A DNA stretch of 64,000 nucleotides from Isurus oxyrinchus (taxonomy: Eukaryota): the NCBI GenBank assembly GCA_026770705.1, contig JANJGN010000042.1, positions 2,542,001 through 2,606,000 of the forward strand. The letters are read 5' to 3'. The notes under the pieces are model-generated. The model was given only the letters and a program-made list of their open reading frames with translations, made no database searches and was not told the DNA's origin. Of this stretch, positions 14,590 to 27,900 are shown piece by piece (within the stretch, counting starts at the first letter, position 1; the number at the start of each line of letters is the position of its first letter). The translations under genes were made by a program, and so were the position numbers.

Positions 14590-15070
14590 GATGGTAAAGT
14601 CATCTCAGTCTGAGGGAATAGCAGCATCAAGGTAAATTAACTGGGTAATACAGAGAAGATCAGAAATGCTCCAGGGACATGATTTAAACGCCACGACGAC
14701 AGCTGGCGGGATTTCCATTCATTTAATTCACTAAAACCGAAACTGGAATAAAATTACTCATTGCATTAATAATCGAACAACCTCATTGTCATGAAGTTGC
14801 AACTGGTTCACTAATGTCATTCGGGGAGGAAATCTTACCCTTACCAGCCTGGCCTACGTGAGGCTGGAGCCCCACAACAACGTGGTTGACTCTTAACGGC
14901 CCTTGGAATGGTCCAGAAGGCCATTTAGTTGGGTCAAAGCACTTCTTGGAAAGTCAAATAAGAGGCGCACGGCACAAACTGCAGCTGTTGAAGGTGTCGG
15001 CTCCCCGCCACCTTCTCAAGGGTACTTATTGCAGGACAGTTAAGGCTGGCCTTGTTTTCGACGTTCACAA
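14590..15070 (+). mobile_element. Decayed shark SINE / LINE 3' end repeat
   Basis: CTGGTTCACTAATGTC...CCACCTTCTCAAGGG motifs shared with 18640-19330 (opposite strand), 51390-51890 and 60260-60575. Confidence 0.5.
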
Positions 15071-17139
15071 CAAAAGAACAAATAAAAACAACGGTCAAAG
15101 CTTTGTAAACCATTACGGATGCTCTCAATGTAAAGTAAGGCCAGAAAATCTGGAAACACTCAGCATCATTCTCCGCTGACACTATTTTACAGCGCAGGGG
15201 TATCCTAGACCAATACTTAATGCGCAACTAACATCACTAATAAACAGGTGATCTGGTCTTTTATTACATCTCTGTTGGTGGGAGCTTCCTGTGCACAAAT
15301 TGCCTCCTGTAGTTCTAACGTGACACAAGAGATTGTAATTCGAAATAAGGTACATCAATGAGGTTAATGAGATATGTGATTTTGGACCTCCTGAGATGGT
15401 GAAATGTGCTGTATAAACACCGAGTTTTTACTCAAAGTGAACATGTCAAAACATACGTGGTGCTGTGTTAGAAAGTCTGAGAAGAATGTGATTAACGGTC
15501 ATTTCTCTGTTCATTATTTAAACATGTTTATGTGAAAGGGGTTCATCCTTTCACCAATCGATATTTAGCGGAATAACAGGCTGCTCAGAAATGCTTAATT
15601 GATGTAAGCAGCAGAATTTCCAGAAACATTTTTTCTTAAATTTAATGGCTTCTTTTGTTTAAAATAAATAACATCTGTACCAATTGGTTTTCTGAAAATT
15701 GTGTTCAATTCTTATACCATCTGTGAATATTCTTAAAATAAACTTGTTTTGCGCTGAACATAATCAATAAGTGACTGTTGATCTGATTCTGCTGCCATGA
15801 ACACCACTTTGAAACTAGTGAGGCGGTTATGTAAATAAACACAGAAATAGACGCCTCAGAATAGAATATTGAGCGTCGGAAATACAATAGATGTTTCCCC
15901 ACCAGCAGAGCATGGAAATAACAACAGAGAGAAATGCAAATCACACAAAGGATTCCAGTAATGATTGATAGTTGGAAGATTTCTATAAGTTATGGGATAA
16001 CAATATAAAGATGTTTTTGTGTTCAAAACTGGCGAAGCGTCCTTTGATCCTATATACAGCAGCATTGAAAATGTGTTTGCGGAGTTTCCTGCATTCTATC
16101 CCGCTCTGTCTCCCTTTCTCCCCTATGCCGGGCGTGTCTGGCCTCTCATTAGTGTGTCAGCGTCTGTAACTCATAACGTGAAGTCAGTATCTTATCAAAG
16201 ATTAATCTCACCCCTATTCATTGACTTTTAACGAAATAGATGGCTGTTCACAGAAGGAACTTAACTCTAAAATGTGTCTGGTTCACTTAACAACATGGGA
16301 GTATTTAATGGGACAGTCTAAAGGGAGCACTCCTCTGCAAATTAACATTCCTATGTCTTCCAGTGAATGGTTTATGGGAAATTGTAGAGGGATCTTTTTT
16401 CTGCATCTGATACTGCTGCACCATTCTTGGGAGCATTCGATCGAATCATGTAGAGGGACCTTTGTCTATCCAGCGCTATACATGTCCTGAGAATGTTTGG
16501 TGGGATAGTTTAGAGAGACTTTTACTCTGCCTCACCCAGGAATTTACCAATGTAGAGGTAGCTTTACTCTGCGTCTCCCGTGTCTATCCTTAGGAGTGTG
16601 TAATAGTGTTTCGGACTCAGTGCATGAAATGGTGTTCTAGACCGAATCCCTCATCACATGTCAAAATATATTTGGATGTTCACTTGAAGTACTGTAGCCC
16701 CAAGGGCCCTGGCACAAAAGCTAGGAAGTGGGATTAGACTTGATAGATCATTTCAGGCCATTATGGTTAGGGTGTGCACAATGGCCTGTTTCTGTGCTGC
16801 AGAAAGCTATGATTTTCAGATCCTATGAAGTGCGTTGAGGTCTCAGAAAGTGTACAGAGGAAGGTAATGAGTTTGTTAACAAGGATCAGGGTCTTTAGTA
16901 ACAACAATCAATTGGACAAATTGGCAGCATTCTGCTTGTGATAAAGAAGATTAAGCAGAAACCTAAACGCTTTTTCCAAGATGATCAGAGGTTTGAAAGA
17001 GAATTAGCAGAGAACATCAGTTCCTTCTGTTCATTGTGTCAATATCCAGTGATCATAGCTTCAGAACAAATGTATATATTGGCAGATTTGTAAAAGGGCG
17101 ATGAAGAGAAATATTTCGCCAGCAATTGGTTCCCTTTAT

Positions 17140-17640
17140 ATTACACCAGATCCTGCCTGAATTATTACTCTTTGAGTTCAAGTCACAGTTCTGGTTTTGC
17201 TGAAACCTGTGAAATTTATGGATGCATAATCTGGTATTTGTATTTTTATTACACTAGGCTCTGACACAATTAACTCTGTGCTAATCAAGCCTCTGTTTCA
17301 GGCCGGCCCCCAAATCTGTTATTACTACATTAGAGCATTTCGCTATATATATTATATAATGCTCTGTTTCAGTTATTAGTGAACCATACACCATGTCTCT
17401 ATATGTCGCACTCGACCACGTCTCAGTTATTACTATACTAGAACATGTATGTGTTAATATAACCCTGGATCCTGTCTCTGTTGTTACTGCACTGGAACTT
17501 GTCTACATTTATGTTTTACATAATTGTTTCTGTTAAAATTGCACTGGAAAATATATCTCTTTATATTTTACAGTGGGCCCTTTCTCAGTTATTACTGCCC
17601 TATACCATGTTTCTGTTAAGCTAACACTTTACCCACGCCA
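17140..17640 (-). repeat. Degenerate copy of the 27-bp satellite family, inverted
   Basis: Repeated TCTCAGTTATTACT..ACTAGA motifs, the reverse complement of the satellite unit. Confidence 0.55.
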
Positions 17641-19892
17641 GTAAACATTGAATTATATCATGGCAAACGTATTGGAAACTGGTGAGGAAATAGTGAAGTT
17701 AACGCGCAGCACAAAACAATGGAAACAGAAACAATTTTTTTTTATTGAATTTCATTGAGAGTGGAAAGTGTTACATTCCATTCCAAGTGAGAGAGTTACA
17801 GATTTATTATGCTCACGTTAGGTATAGGTACAGTTGCATTTTCACCGCCTCTTGCACAGATCATCACACACTCCAGTGACGCACAAGTGATCACTTGTCA
17901 ACAAACAGAGAGAATGGTGGGTAGATGTCCTTTATTCTCCATGTGATTTAATCCACTTTCGAACTGAATTCTGACCGCAGCTAAACTCACTTTGGAATCT
18001 AAATAGGCATTTTCCACACAAGAACTCGAAAAAGACGTCAGCATCAAGAAACGTTAACGATAATAGATGATCTGAAATTGCTGGATGGATGGTTCGAAAT
18101 ATAGATAGATAGACTGACAGCCAAACAGACAGGTACGCAGCTAGATGGGTTGACAGATAGAGAGACTGAGATACACAACATCTAGCGTAATATATACAGT
18201 TTAATGCTAAATAACTTTTTCGGTGGCTCATATGATACAAACAGGGAGATGGTCTTGTATAATGTGAAGAGATGTATGCATCAGTGCAATTACTTACTCC
18301 AACAGGGCCTAGTGTAAAACACCAACTGAGACTAGGTCTTTTGCACTGCGATCTGAGACAGAGTCCTGTGTAATTTAAAGGAAGGCATAACCCAGTCATT
18401 AAGTATCAGCACCTTTCATGGTCTTAAATACCTCGATCAAAGCCCCTCTTAACACCCTCTATTCTAAGGAAAACGATTCAAGATCTCCAAGGTCTAGTAA
18501 CATTCGGATCAATCTCCTCTTCATCCTCTCTGCGACCTTCAAATGCTTTATAAAACAGAGTTCCTGGAATAATTATGTACAATATACATGGAAACAAAGT
18601 ACGGAGTACTTTAACAAATGTTGTTTTTAATCATTCACTAGGCTGAAGTATTTATTTCTCTCTATTCATCCAGGAGATGTGAGCGTCTCTGACACGGCCA
18701 GCATTTCCCCCCATGCTCCGCTGTCCTGGAACTGAATATCTGGCTAGACATTTTCAGAGTCGGAGGATAGTTAAGAGTGAACCACGTGCTGTGGGCCTGG
18801 AGTCACATTTAGGCCAGACTGGGGAAGGATGCATATTTACTTCACCGAATGTTCATTAGTGAACCAGATGCGTTTATAGCAATGAAAATTGTAACGATCC
18901 AGTTCCATTTCCATTTTTTTATTCATTCATGGGATTTGTGCGTTTCCAGCTGAACCAACATTCAATAGCCAAACACAATTGCCCTTGAGAAGGTGTTAGT
19001 GAGCAAACCTCTTGTACTGCTGCAGTCCACGTGCTGTAGGGACACCCACAGTGCTTCTAGGAAGGGAGCTGTATGATTTGGACCCAAGGATAGTGAAGAA
19101 ACAGGGACTTTCCATTGTTGTTCCTGTGCTTCTGCTGCCCTTGTTGCCCGGAGAATTGGGGAATATTCCACCACACTCCTGACATGTGCCTTGTAGTTTG
19201 TGGACAGGTATTTGCCGAATTCCCAGCTTCCGAACGGCTCTTGTCTCAATCGCATTTAAATTCCGCCAGCTGCTGTGGTGGGATTTGAATTCATGTCCCC
19301 AGAAGATGAGTCTGGGCCTCTGGGCTAGTGATGAGCACTTGGGACGTCATAACTTTCAAGGCTATGGGCCAAGTGCTGGTAAAGAGGATTAGGTAGGTAG
19401 GTCAGGTATTTCTCACTTGCCGGTGCAGACTCGATGGGCTGAAGGGCCTCTTCTGCACTGTGATTCTATGAATCTGTGGCAGCGCCACGGCAAGGTTGAG
19501 CCTGAGTTAGGGTCCAGTGTAATGTAACCAGAGATAGGGCCTGGTATAATATAAATGGAAAGCTGCTCCAGTACAATAATAACTGAAACAGAGCCTGGTT
19601 AAAATAAACTTAATCATGGTCCAGTACATTAAAAACAGGGACAAGTTCTATGAAATATAAACATAAACAATATAGCGCATCAATAACTAAGAAACTGCCT
19701 TATGTAGCGCAAACAGATATTATATGAGGTCAAATTTCAACAAAGCTTTTTGGAATTTAAACTTAGTTAATTTTATACATCTGAACTATTAAAAATGCCC
19801 TCAATATCAGTAATGGGAAACGTGCATCTCCCAGACTCATCAAAACACAGCTGACATATAAAGGTACGTTTCGGAAATACATCCTCCAACAG

Positions 19893-20031
19893 CTCCCCCC
19901 CCACCGCCACAACCCCCCCTCTCCCCCACCCCCCCCACCCCACCCCCCCCCCACCCCCCCACCACCACAACCCCCCCTCTCCCCCACCCCCCGCGACCCC
20001 CCCACCCCCCCCCCCTCCCCCCACCCACCAC
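19893..20031 (-). repeat. C-rich tract (G-quadruplex-prone on the minus strand)
   Basis: Many runs of four or more C; internal duplication of CCACAACCCCCCCTCTCCCCCACCCCC. Confidence 0.85.
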
Positions 20032-20299
20032 CTTACATGTTTTTTTCCCAAAGGGACTCCAGATAAAGAGCAAGGTGGTAACTTTGAATCTCCCTCTAAA
20101 CATTCTCAGTGTGCAGTCATTTTTATTAAACGGCCACGAGAATCAGCAACCTGAGAACAGTCAGTAAAGCCAGACGGCATCAACCGAGGCACAGGCAAAG
20201 ACACAGACAGTCCAAGTAACTGTATAAAATTCTCTGAACGATCTTCTGTGGACATCTCCCACAGCTGAGAAACACTGAACGCAGGCCAGCGGAAACACA

Positions 20300-21085
20300 A
20301 GAAGAACAACAACAAAGAACAAAGAAAAGTACAGCACAGGAACAGGCCCTTCGGCCCACCAAGCCTGTGCCGATCATATTGCCCGTCAACTAAAACATTT
20401 TGCACTTCCGGGGTCCATATCCCTCTCTTCCCATCCTATTCATGTATTTGTCAAGCTGCCTCTTAAACACCACTATCGTACCTGTTTCCACCACCTCCTC
20501 TGGCAGCGAATTCCAGACACTCACTACACTCTGCATAAAAAACTTGCCCCCTACATCTCTGTAGTTTTCTCCTCTCACCTTAAATCTATGTCCCCTAGTA
20601 ATTGAATCTCCCACCCTGGGAAAAAGATTCTGACTGTCTACTCTGTCCATGCCACTCATAATTTTGTAAATTTCTATCAAGTCGCCCCTCAATCTCAGTC
20701 CCTCCAGTCAGAACAATCAGAGTTTTTCCAACCTCTCCTCATACCTAATAACCTCCAGATCAGGCAGCATCCTGGTAAACCTCCTCTGCACCCTCTCCAA
20801 TGCCTCCATATCCTTCTGGTAATGTGGCGACCAGAATTGCAAGCAAATTCCAAGTGTAGGCTAACCAAGGTTCTATACAGCTGCAGCATGAATTCCCAGC
20901 TTTTATACTCAATACCCCTGCCAATGAAGGCAAGCTTGCCATATGCCTTCCTGACTACCTTATCCACCTGCGTTGCCACTTCCAGCGACCTGTGGACCTG
21001 TATACCCAGATCCCTCTGCCTGTTGATGCACTTAAGGGTTCTGCCATTTACTGTATAATTCCTGCCTGAATTAGACCTTACAAAC
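20300..21085 (-). mobile_element. CR1 LINE 3' end (ORF2 C-terminus + 3' UTR)
   Basis: Minus ORFs QVDKVVRKAYGKLAFIGRGIEYKS..LQLYRTLV and RGDLIEIYKIM..TRGHRFKV..WNSLPEEVVE, followed by a simple-repeat tail. Confidence 0.85.
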
Positions 21086-21329
21086 TAAACACCCGCCTGA
21101 CATAATCATGCTCAATGTTAATACCTTCCCACCAATATCCCCACGCCTGATTGACCCACCAGTGATGGCGGGATATTAGTCGGGAAGGAGTGTCCCTGGG
21201 GGTCCTCAAGTTTGACTCCAGGAGTCATGAATACTCCTGGCATCAGAACAGGCAACAGTGGAAAATCTCCTTTCTAATTCGAGTTATTCCCCTACCTCAA
21301 CTAATGAATCAGCGCGTCTCCATGTTTAA

Positions 21330-23190
21330 CACAATTCTGGTGAAACCCTGAGAGCAGAAAAGGAAATGGAACTTCAATGCACATCAGCAAGAATGGCTCG
21401 ATACCAAAACTGACTGAGCTGGCTGAGTCACGAAGGACATATCTACCAGACCGTGCCCCTGGAAGGTGTTGAGAGAACACAAGGAGAAAACTTACTTGAG
21501 ATGGCTCTCATTACTCTACCTGGCACAGATACATCTCTCCACGTCAGTATTGATGAGAGTGTCCACCGCACTTTTCTTTTGGATACAAAGACCCATCTTC
21601 AGACTGAGAGCACCACCCGCGATGTTGTGTGGCATAATCTTCGTGCTAAATGCGATAGATTTGGAGAATATTTGGCAATTAAAACCGTGCGTCAGTGAGG
21701 CCATTAGCTTGAGCAACATTCTCATCCCCCCACAATATGCACGTCATGGGATGTATAACCCTCACTCTACCATTAGGATGAAGCCAGGGGATCAACGGTT
21801 GTTCAGTGATGAATTTAGAGCAGTAGACCAGATGCAGCAACAAGAAGATCTAAAAATGGGGTGTCAGCCTGATCAAGCTGTAACATGGTGGAAAATTGCT
21901 GAACAAACCCAATGCGGCCCATTGACCCTCAATCATTGTACTCTCAGCCAGCAGCAACCTGATGGAAGGTGTCATTGACGGAGCAATCAAACAGCAGCTC
22001 ATCACCAACAAGCTGCTCAACAATGCTCAGTTTGGGTTTCACAAGGGCCTTTCAGTTCCCGACTACATCACGTTGTTGATCTCAACAAAGACAAACAGCT
22101 GAATCCTAATATGAGAGTGAATGCCCTTCACATCAAGGTAGTATTTGACACATTGTGGCATCAAGGAGCATTAGCAACATTGCAGTCAATGGCAATCAGG
22201 GGGAAACTCATTGGAGTCATACCTAGCACAAATGAAAATGATTGCTGTTGCTGGAGGCCAAAAGCCCCACACCAGAGCATCGCTCTCGGACTTCCTCAGG
22301 AAAGTGTCCTAGGCCCAGCCATCCTCAGTTGCTTCATCAATGACCTTATTTCCATAATCATGTCAGAAGTCACGATGTTCACGAATGTTGGCACAATTTT
22401 CAGCATCATTAACGATGCTTCAGATACTGAAGCAGTTCATGCCTCCATGCAGAAAAAAAAAACATTTGGACAATATTAAACCTTTGGCTGATGAGTGGAA
22501 AGTGACATAACGTGTTACAAGTGCCAAGCAGTGACCACCTCCATCAGGAGAGAATCTAACCATCTCCCGTTGTCATTCATCGACATTAGCATCGCAGAAT
22601 CCAACACCAGCAACACTGTGGGGGCCACAGCAGTAAATTAAGTTAACTGAACCAGCAGCATATATGAAGAATCTAGAAAAGGTCAGAGGCAGCACATTGT
22701 ATGGCGAGCGAAGCACCTCATGTTTCTCCACAATCTGTCCACAATGTCCATGCAATTTTTAGGAAAGTAATTGAATATCTCAGCTTGCCTGGATCAGGGA
22801 AGTTCCAACAAAACACTTGCCGAGCAGGCCCGAGAAACCACATTATCTTCTCCTAATACTATTTCTTATATTCGGAAGAAGGAAGACACCATGTAGGAAA
22901 AATCGTCGCGCCTGATTGGCCACCCCATCCGGCGTTTATAAATCCATTCCCTCCAGCACCACTGCACAAACACAGCAGTGTGCACCATCTACGAAATACA
23001 CGGTGGCAACTCGCCAACTGTTCTTTGACAGCCCGTGCAAGCCCCTGACTACTAACACCTAGAGGAGCAAGTGTGACAGACCTATGGAAAGACCTATAAG
23101 TTCCCCTCAAGGCCAAACACCACATTGGCGTGAAAATATGTTGTTATTTCTTCACCGTCGCTGGGTCAAAACCCTGAAACCCCTATTTTA
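21330..23190 (+). mobile_element. Decayed CR1/L2-group LINE ORF2
   Basis: PHSTI.MKPGDQ; FDTLWHQG; GLPQESVLGPAILSCFINDL (RT motif); frameshifted. Confidence 0.7.
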
Positions 23191-23199
23191 CAGCAATGA

Positions 23200-24950
23200 A
23201 TCATAGGGTCATTGAAATCCACAATACGGAAGAGGGACATTCGTCCCAGAGAACAAGCAGTAATCAGCCTTGTCAACTTTCCAGCTCTTGGTCTGTAACC
23301 TTTTAGGTTGTTTCACTTCAAGTTTTTACAACCCTTTCACATCATGAGTTTTAGATTCCCATCATCCTTTGGGTGAAAACATTTGCCGTGACCTATTTAC
23401 TCTAGAATGAAGGGGTTGACAGTACTTTAGCCAGATTTGCTGATGATACCAAAATGGAAAAGGAACCAGGTTCTGAGGAGGACACTAAGAGGCCACAATG
23501 ACATATTGGTAAGCTGAGTGATTGTGCTGAAATTTGGCACATGGAATATAAGGTTGGAAAAATATGAGTTTGACTAATTTTGCCGGATAAGTCGAAAGGC
23601 AACATGTTATTGACTGCAGAATTTTTCGGTGCAGAGAGAACTGCGTGTGTTTGTACACGGATCACACAAAGCATGCGGGCACAGCAAGGAGTTAGGAAGG
23701 CAAAGAAAATAACCTCTTTTATGCAGCATTGTGTTACCTCAGCTTCCTTTGTTCAAAAGTAAACAAACCTAACCTATCCTCCCAAATAGCAATCCTCCTG
23801 CAGTCGAGGCAATGTCGTCATAAATCTCCGCTGTAACGTTTCTAGCCCAATCAAATCTTTCATATTGTTCCTGGCCCAGGGCTGCACCGAACACTCTAAC
23901 TCGGGCCTAACTATTGTTTTACACAGTTCCAGCAGGACGTCTCAACTCGTATATTCTATGCCTCGGAGAATAAAGGCAAGAATCCCATCTGTTTCTTGAT
24001 CAATTTATCTACCTGTCAAGGCACCTTTACGAATATCTGCATTCGATAGTCCCACTTTACTTCTCAGTGTCGTATCATTCGTGAATCAGTGGCAGTCACT
24101 ATCTCAGAATGCGCTGGATGCCGGGGTGCTAAATAAATTTAAGGATGAGAAAGACAGATTTTTAATTAGTAATGGGTTGAAAGGTTACAGGGAGAGGATA
24201 GGAAATTGGAGTTGAGGCCGAAATGAGATCAGTCATGATCGTAATGAATAGCGGGGCAGGCTCGGTGGGCGGAATTGCCAACTCTTGCTCCTAGTTCTTA
24301 TGTTTTATTTACTGTTTATTACTTTATCTTGTTAGCTTTCCTTAAATGCACTACCTTGCAAACATCTCTAAGCCATTCTTATGTCTACCTGACTGGTCGA
24401 TTTCCTGCAGTATACAGCTTTTTGCTCAATTCTTAATCACACAGCCAATTTGTGTGTCATCTAAAGCCTTCTTAATCATGCTCTTTTCAGTCATGTGCAA
24501 GTAATTGATATATGCAAGAAAAGGCAAGTGTCCTATTACTAAGGCCTGGGGGATACCACTCCCGTTTACAGAAACACCCCGTGTCATTTACCGTTTGCTT
24601 CCTGGCTTTGAACCAATTTTGGATTTACCTCGCCGCTTTGCCCTGGATCACATTGGCTTTTAATTTCAGAACCGCTCTGCCATGTAGAACCTGGTCATTT
24701 TAAAATCCATATACACTACATCGAATGCATTGTATCCATCGGCACTCCTTATTATACCTTCAAAACATTTATGCATAATAGTCAGACTCGCCCTTCGTTT
24801 AACAAATTCTTGCTGTCCAGCTTTGCTTACTCAGTGTCATTCTAAATGTCTCTTAGAATGTTCTCTTTCCAAAACTATTCCCTGCTCCAAGATTATATTC
24901 AGTGTCCTGTAATTACTCAGTCTTATACCTTTCTGCGTTTTGAACAAGCG
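23200..24950. mobile_element. Patchwork of decayed CR1 fragments in both orientations
   Basis: TTTGCTGATGATACCAAA (FADDTK) near 23436 on +; minus-strand fragments resembling 20700-21060. Confidence 0.55.
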
Positions 24951-27900
24951 CACAACGTTAGCTGTCCTGTCGCCCTGTCTCAGTGCCTGAAGTTGCAAAG
25001 GATTATAAAGTCATGGTCATTCCTATGCCGAGGGTACAATTCTGGCGAGCCTTGGCATTTATGCATTTTAAAAGGTATTAAACCGCTTGATACTTTCAAA
25101 ATGGTGGCAATTCGCCATTTCTAAAGGGGAATTGGGAGTCGGTAGAGATGTTTGACTTAACAACTATTCCAAATCAGTCGATAATAAATAAGTAAAACAT
25201 TAGAGACTGTCTAATGTAATATAAACCATCCATGCCCATCCTTACATTACACTAGGCCCTTTTTCAGTTATTGCCGCCTGAGGCAGTGCTGGTTTGGTAT
25301 GATTTAGGCAAACCAACTTACACTGTCATCTGGTGGCCAATCATTGCCATTACTGCTATCGTGAAAATGTCGACGTTCGTACTGTTGTTGATAGAAACGT
25401 ATCAACAAACAAATTTGCGCTTACATTCCGCTCAACACATTTTTAATGAAAGGGAATTAAATGCTGTGAAAATAACTGAAGAAGCAAATCCACCTTTGTG
25501 GATGTAACTTGCAAACATTAGGAATGATGTGTTCTGTATGCACACACTCACACACACAAATAGACGCAGATACATATGTTCAGGCTCGGTCACGCAACCA
25601 GTAGCCACGGAAAACGTGAATGTAAAGGCCCTCAGGAGAAACATTCCTTAACATTAAAACACGGTGTACAATAGCCACAGCAGAAATTTCCACTAACCAG
25701 TATAAACTGCAGTGCGCTCTGGCTCACCTTTCCTTCTGCCCCTCAATCCAGTTCAAATTTCCGAGATTGTCATAAGATTCGACCAGTACTTTCAACAAAA
25801 CTGTGACATAACACCAGAGCAATGAGAAATTGTACACAGCTCCTGATGGCTGTGATCAAGACTAAACGTATTTTTCCAACAAAAAAGTCCATCTTCCCAC
25901 CCAGTCAAATATATGTTCTTTAATTATTATGAAACATACCTCTCCCTTCCTCCTAATATTTATCTAAAACAGAAAACAATACAGTACCACAATTACTGAC
26001 ATTGGGAATAGATTAATTTAAACAGAGTGTTCAGTGCTGTCATAACAGAAAATGGGCCTTATTTAACATAAACAGCAATAAGGACTCCTGCACTCTGAGC
26101 AGTCTGGTGCATGAATAACTACGGCAGACCCCGTCGAATATGAGCAGGGAGATGGCCTCATGCAACTTAAAGGGGGGCATAACATAGTGCAGAAATAAAC
26201 GAGAAAGAGTCTAGTGTAATATAAATAAGGACATGGATGAGTGCAATATAACCAGACACATGCGTCAGTGCAGCAATAACTGAAGAAGGGCCTAGTGTAA
26301 AGGATGGAGTTTATTGCACCAATGTCCGTGACTGGACCCAGAATAATATGGACTAAGACATGGTCAGGTTATGACCTTGCAAAACCCTTCAGAAACTTGA
26401 ACACTTCTTTCAAAACATCTCTTATCTTTCTCTGCACTAGGATGCTATTTCTGTCGCTTTTCCACATAACGAAGCCTCTCACCCCGTTCTGGTAATACCT
26501 TCGACAGCATCTTCAGAACCCGAGAGCTCTGCGACATAGAAGGACAAGGACAGCAGGTGAATGGAAGCACCAACAACTGCTAGTGCCGCTCCAAGTCACG
26601 CAGAGTATCCTGATTTGGAAATATAGATTTTTTTCTTCGTTGTTATTGAGTCAAAACCCCAGAGCTCCCCTCCCACCAGCACTATTTTTGGATTTGAAAC
26701 ACACACAAGGCGGCTCACCAATACATTTTCCAGGGCAATTAGGTTTGGTTAGTAAATGTCGGCCTTGACAGAAATGTCAAAATCTGAGAACGGAGTAGAA
26801 CTAGCAATAACTGAGTGAAGGTGTGCTGTGATATAAACATAGACATGCTTTGGAGCAGTAATAATTGAGGCAGTGTATGTATGTTTTCATGGAAGCAATT
26901 GCGCTAGCACTGCCATCTGATGGCGAAAGATTGCCATTGATGTTACTGTAAAATGCCTTTATCAGTTATTGTTTCTCATATTAGCGCATCTGAAAACAAG
27001 CTACAAAGATATACAAGATCATTACATTCTACAGGGGGTGGCAAAGGATAAAAAATGCAAAGAATTCCGTATGAGTGAAGCTTTGTTGTGCAAAGAAACA
27101 TTAGCAAAAGGACAAAGTGGTTCAAACCCTGTTAATTTATATTAATGTATATTTATTGGCGTTAATTGAAGGGAGGAATTTTGATCAGGGACCGTGTGTG
27201 TGTGTGCGCGCGCGTGTGTGTACGTCTGTGTTTGTCTGACTGTATCTCTGTGTGTCTGTTTGTTTACTTGTGTGCCTGTGCTTGTTTGTCTAAACACATC
27301 TATCGTAATGTTTTTATGCGAATTCTGCAAAGGTAAATTATTATGTTTTCCTGTTATGACCCAATATTCTACTCCCTTTGATTAAAAGTATAATTTTAGG
27401 TCCTGTAATAGCCTTAATGTGCATTGATTATCCATTTATTTTGTGCTGATGTTTAGATCGCATTGTCCCACCGACCATTCCGTTACCAAGGCAATGTCTG
27501 TCTGTCCTCAGAAATCATTTGGAAAGATGATTAAATCGGAGCATGCATAACGTGTATGAACACATTGTTCTTTGTGACAGATTGTTAGTTGATCATCAGC
27601 GCATAACACGGGACCCTGTAATGATTTCGGCACATTGCAGTAAAAGTGAGAATCTCACTATACTTGAACTGAGATTAATAAAACAGTAATTCTCCTGACG
27701 TATTATTTCCTTCAGTCAGAAAGAAATCGAATTATATCCAAAAACAATTTGCAACAATATAGCACCTTTAAAGTCGTAAATTGCTCCAAGCTGACTCACA
27801 AGACCATGAACAGACCAGGCTTGACACCGAGTCACATAAGGAGACACAAAGGCGGATGACCATACATTAGGTCAACGATGTAACTTTTAGCGAGGAAATT

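Noticed and set aside
19763-20103. Gly-rich minus-strand ORFs
   Set aside because: Translation of the C-rich tract.
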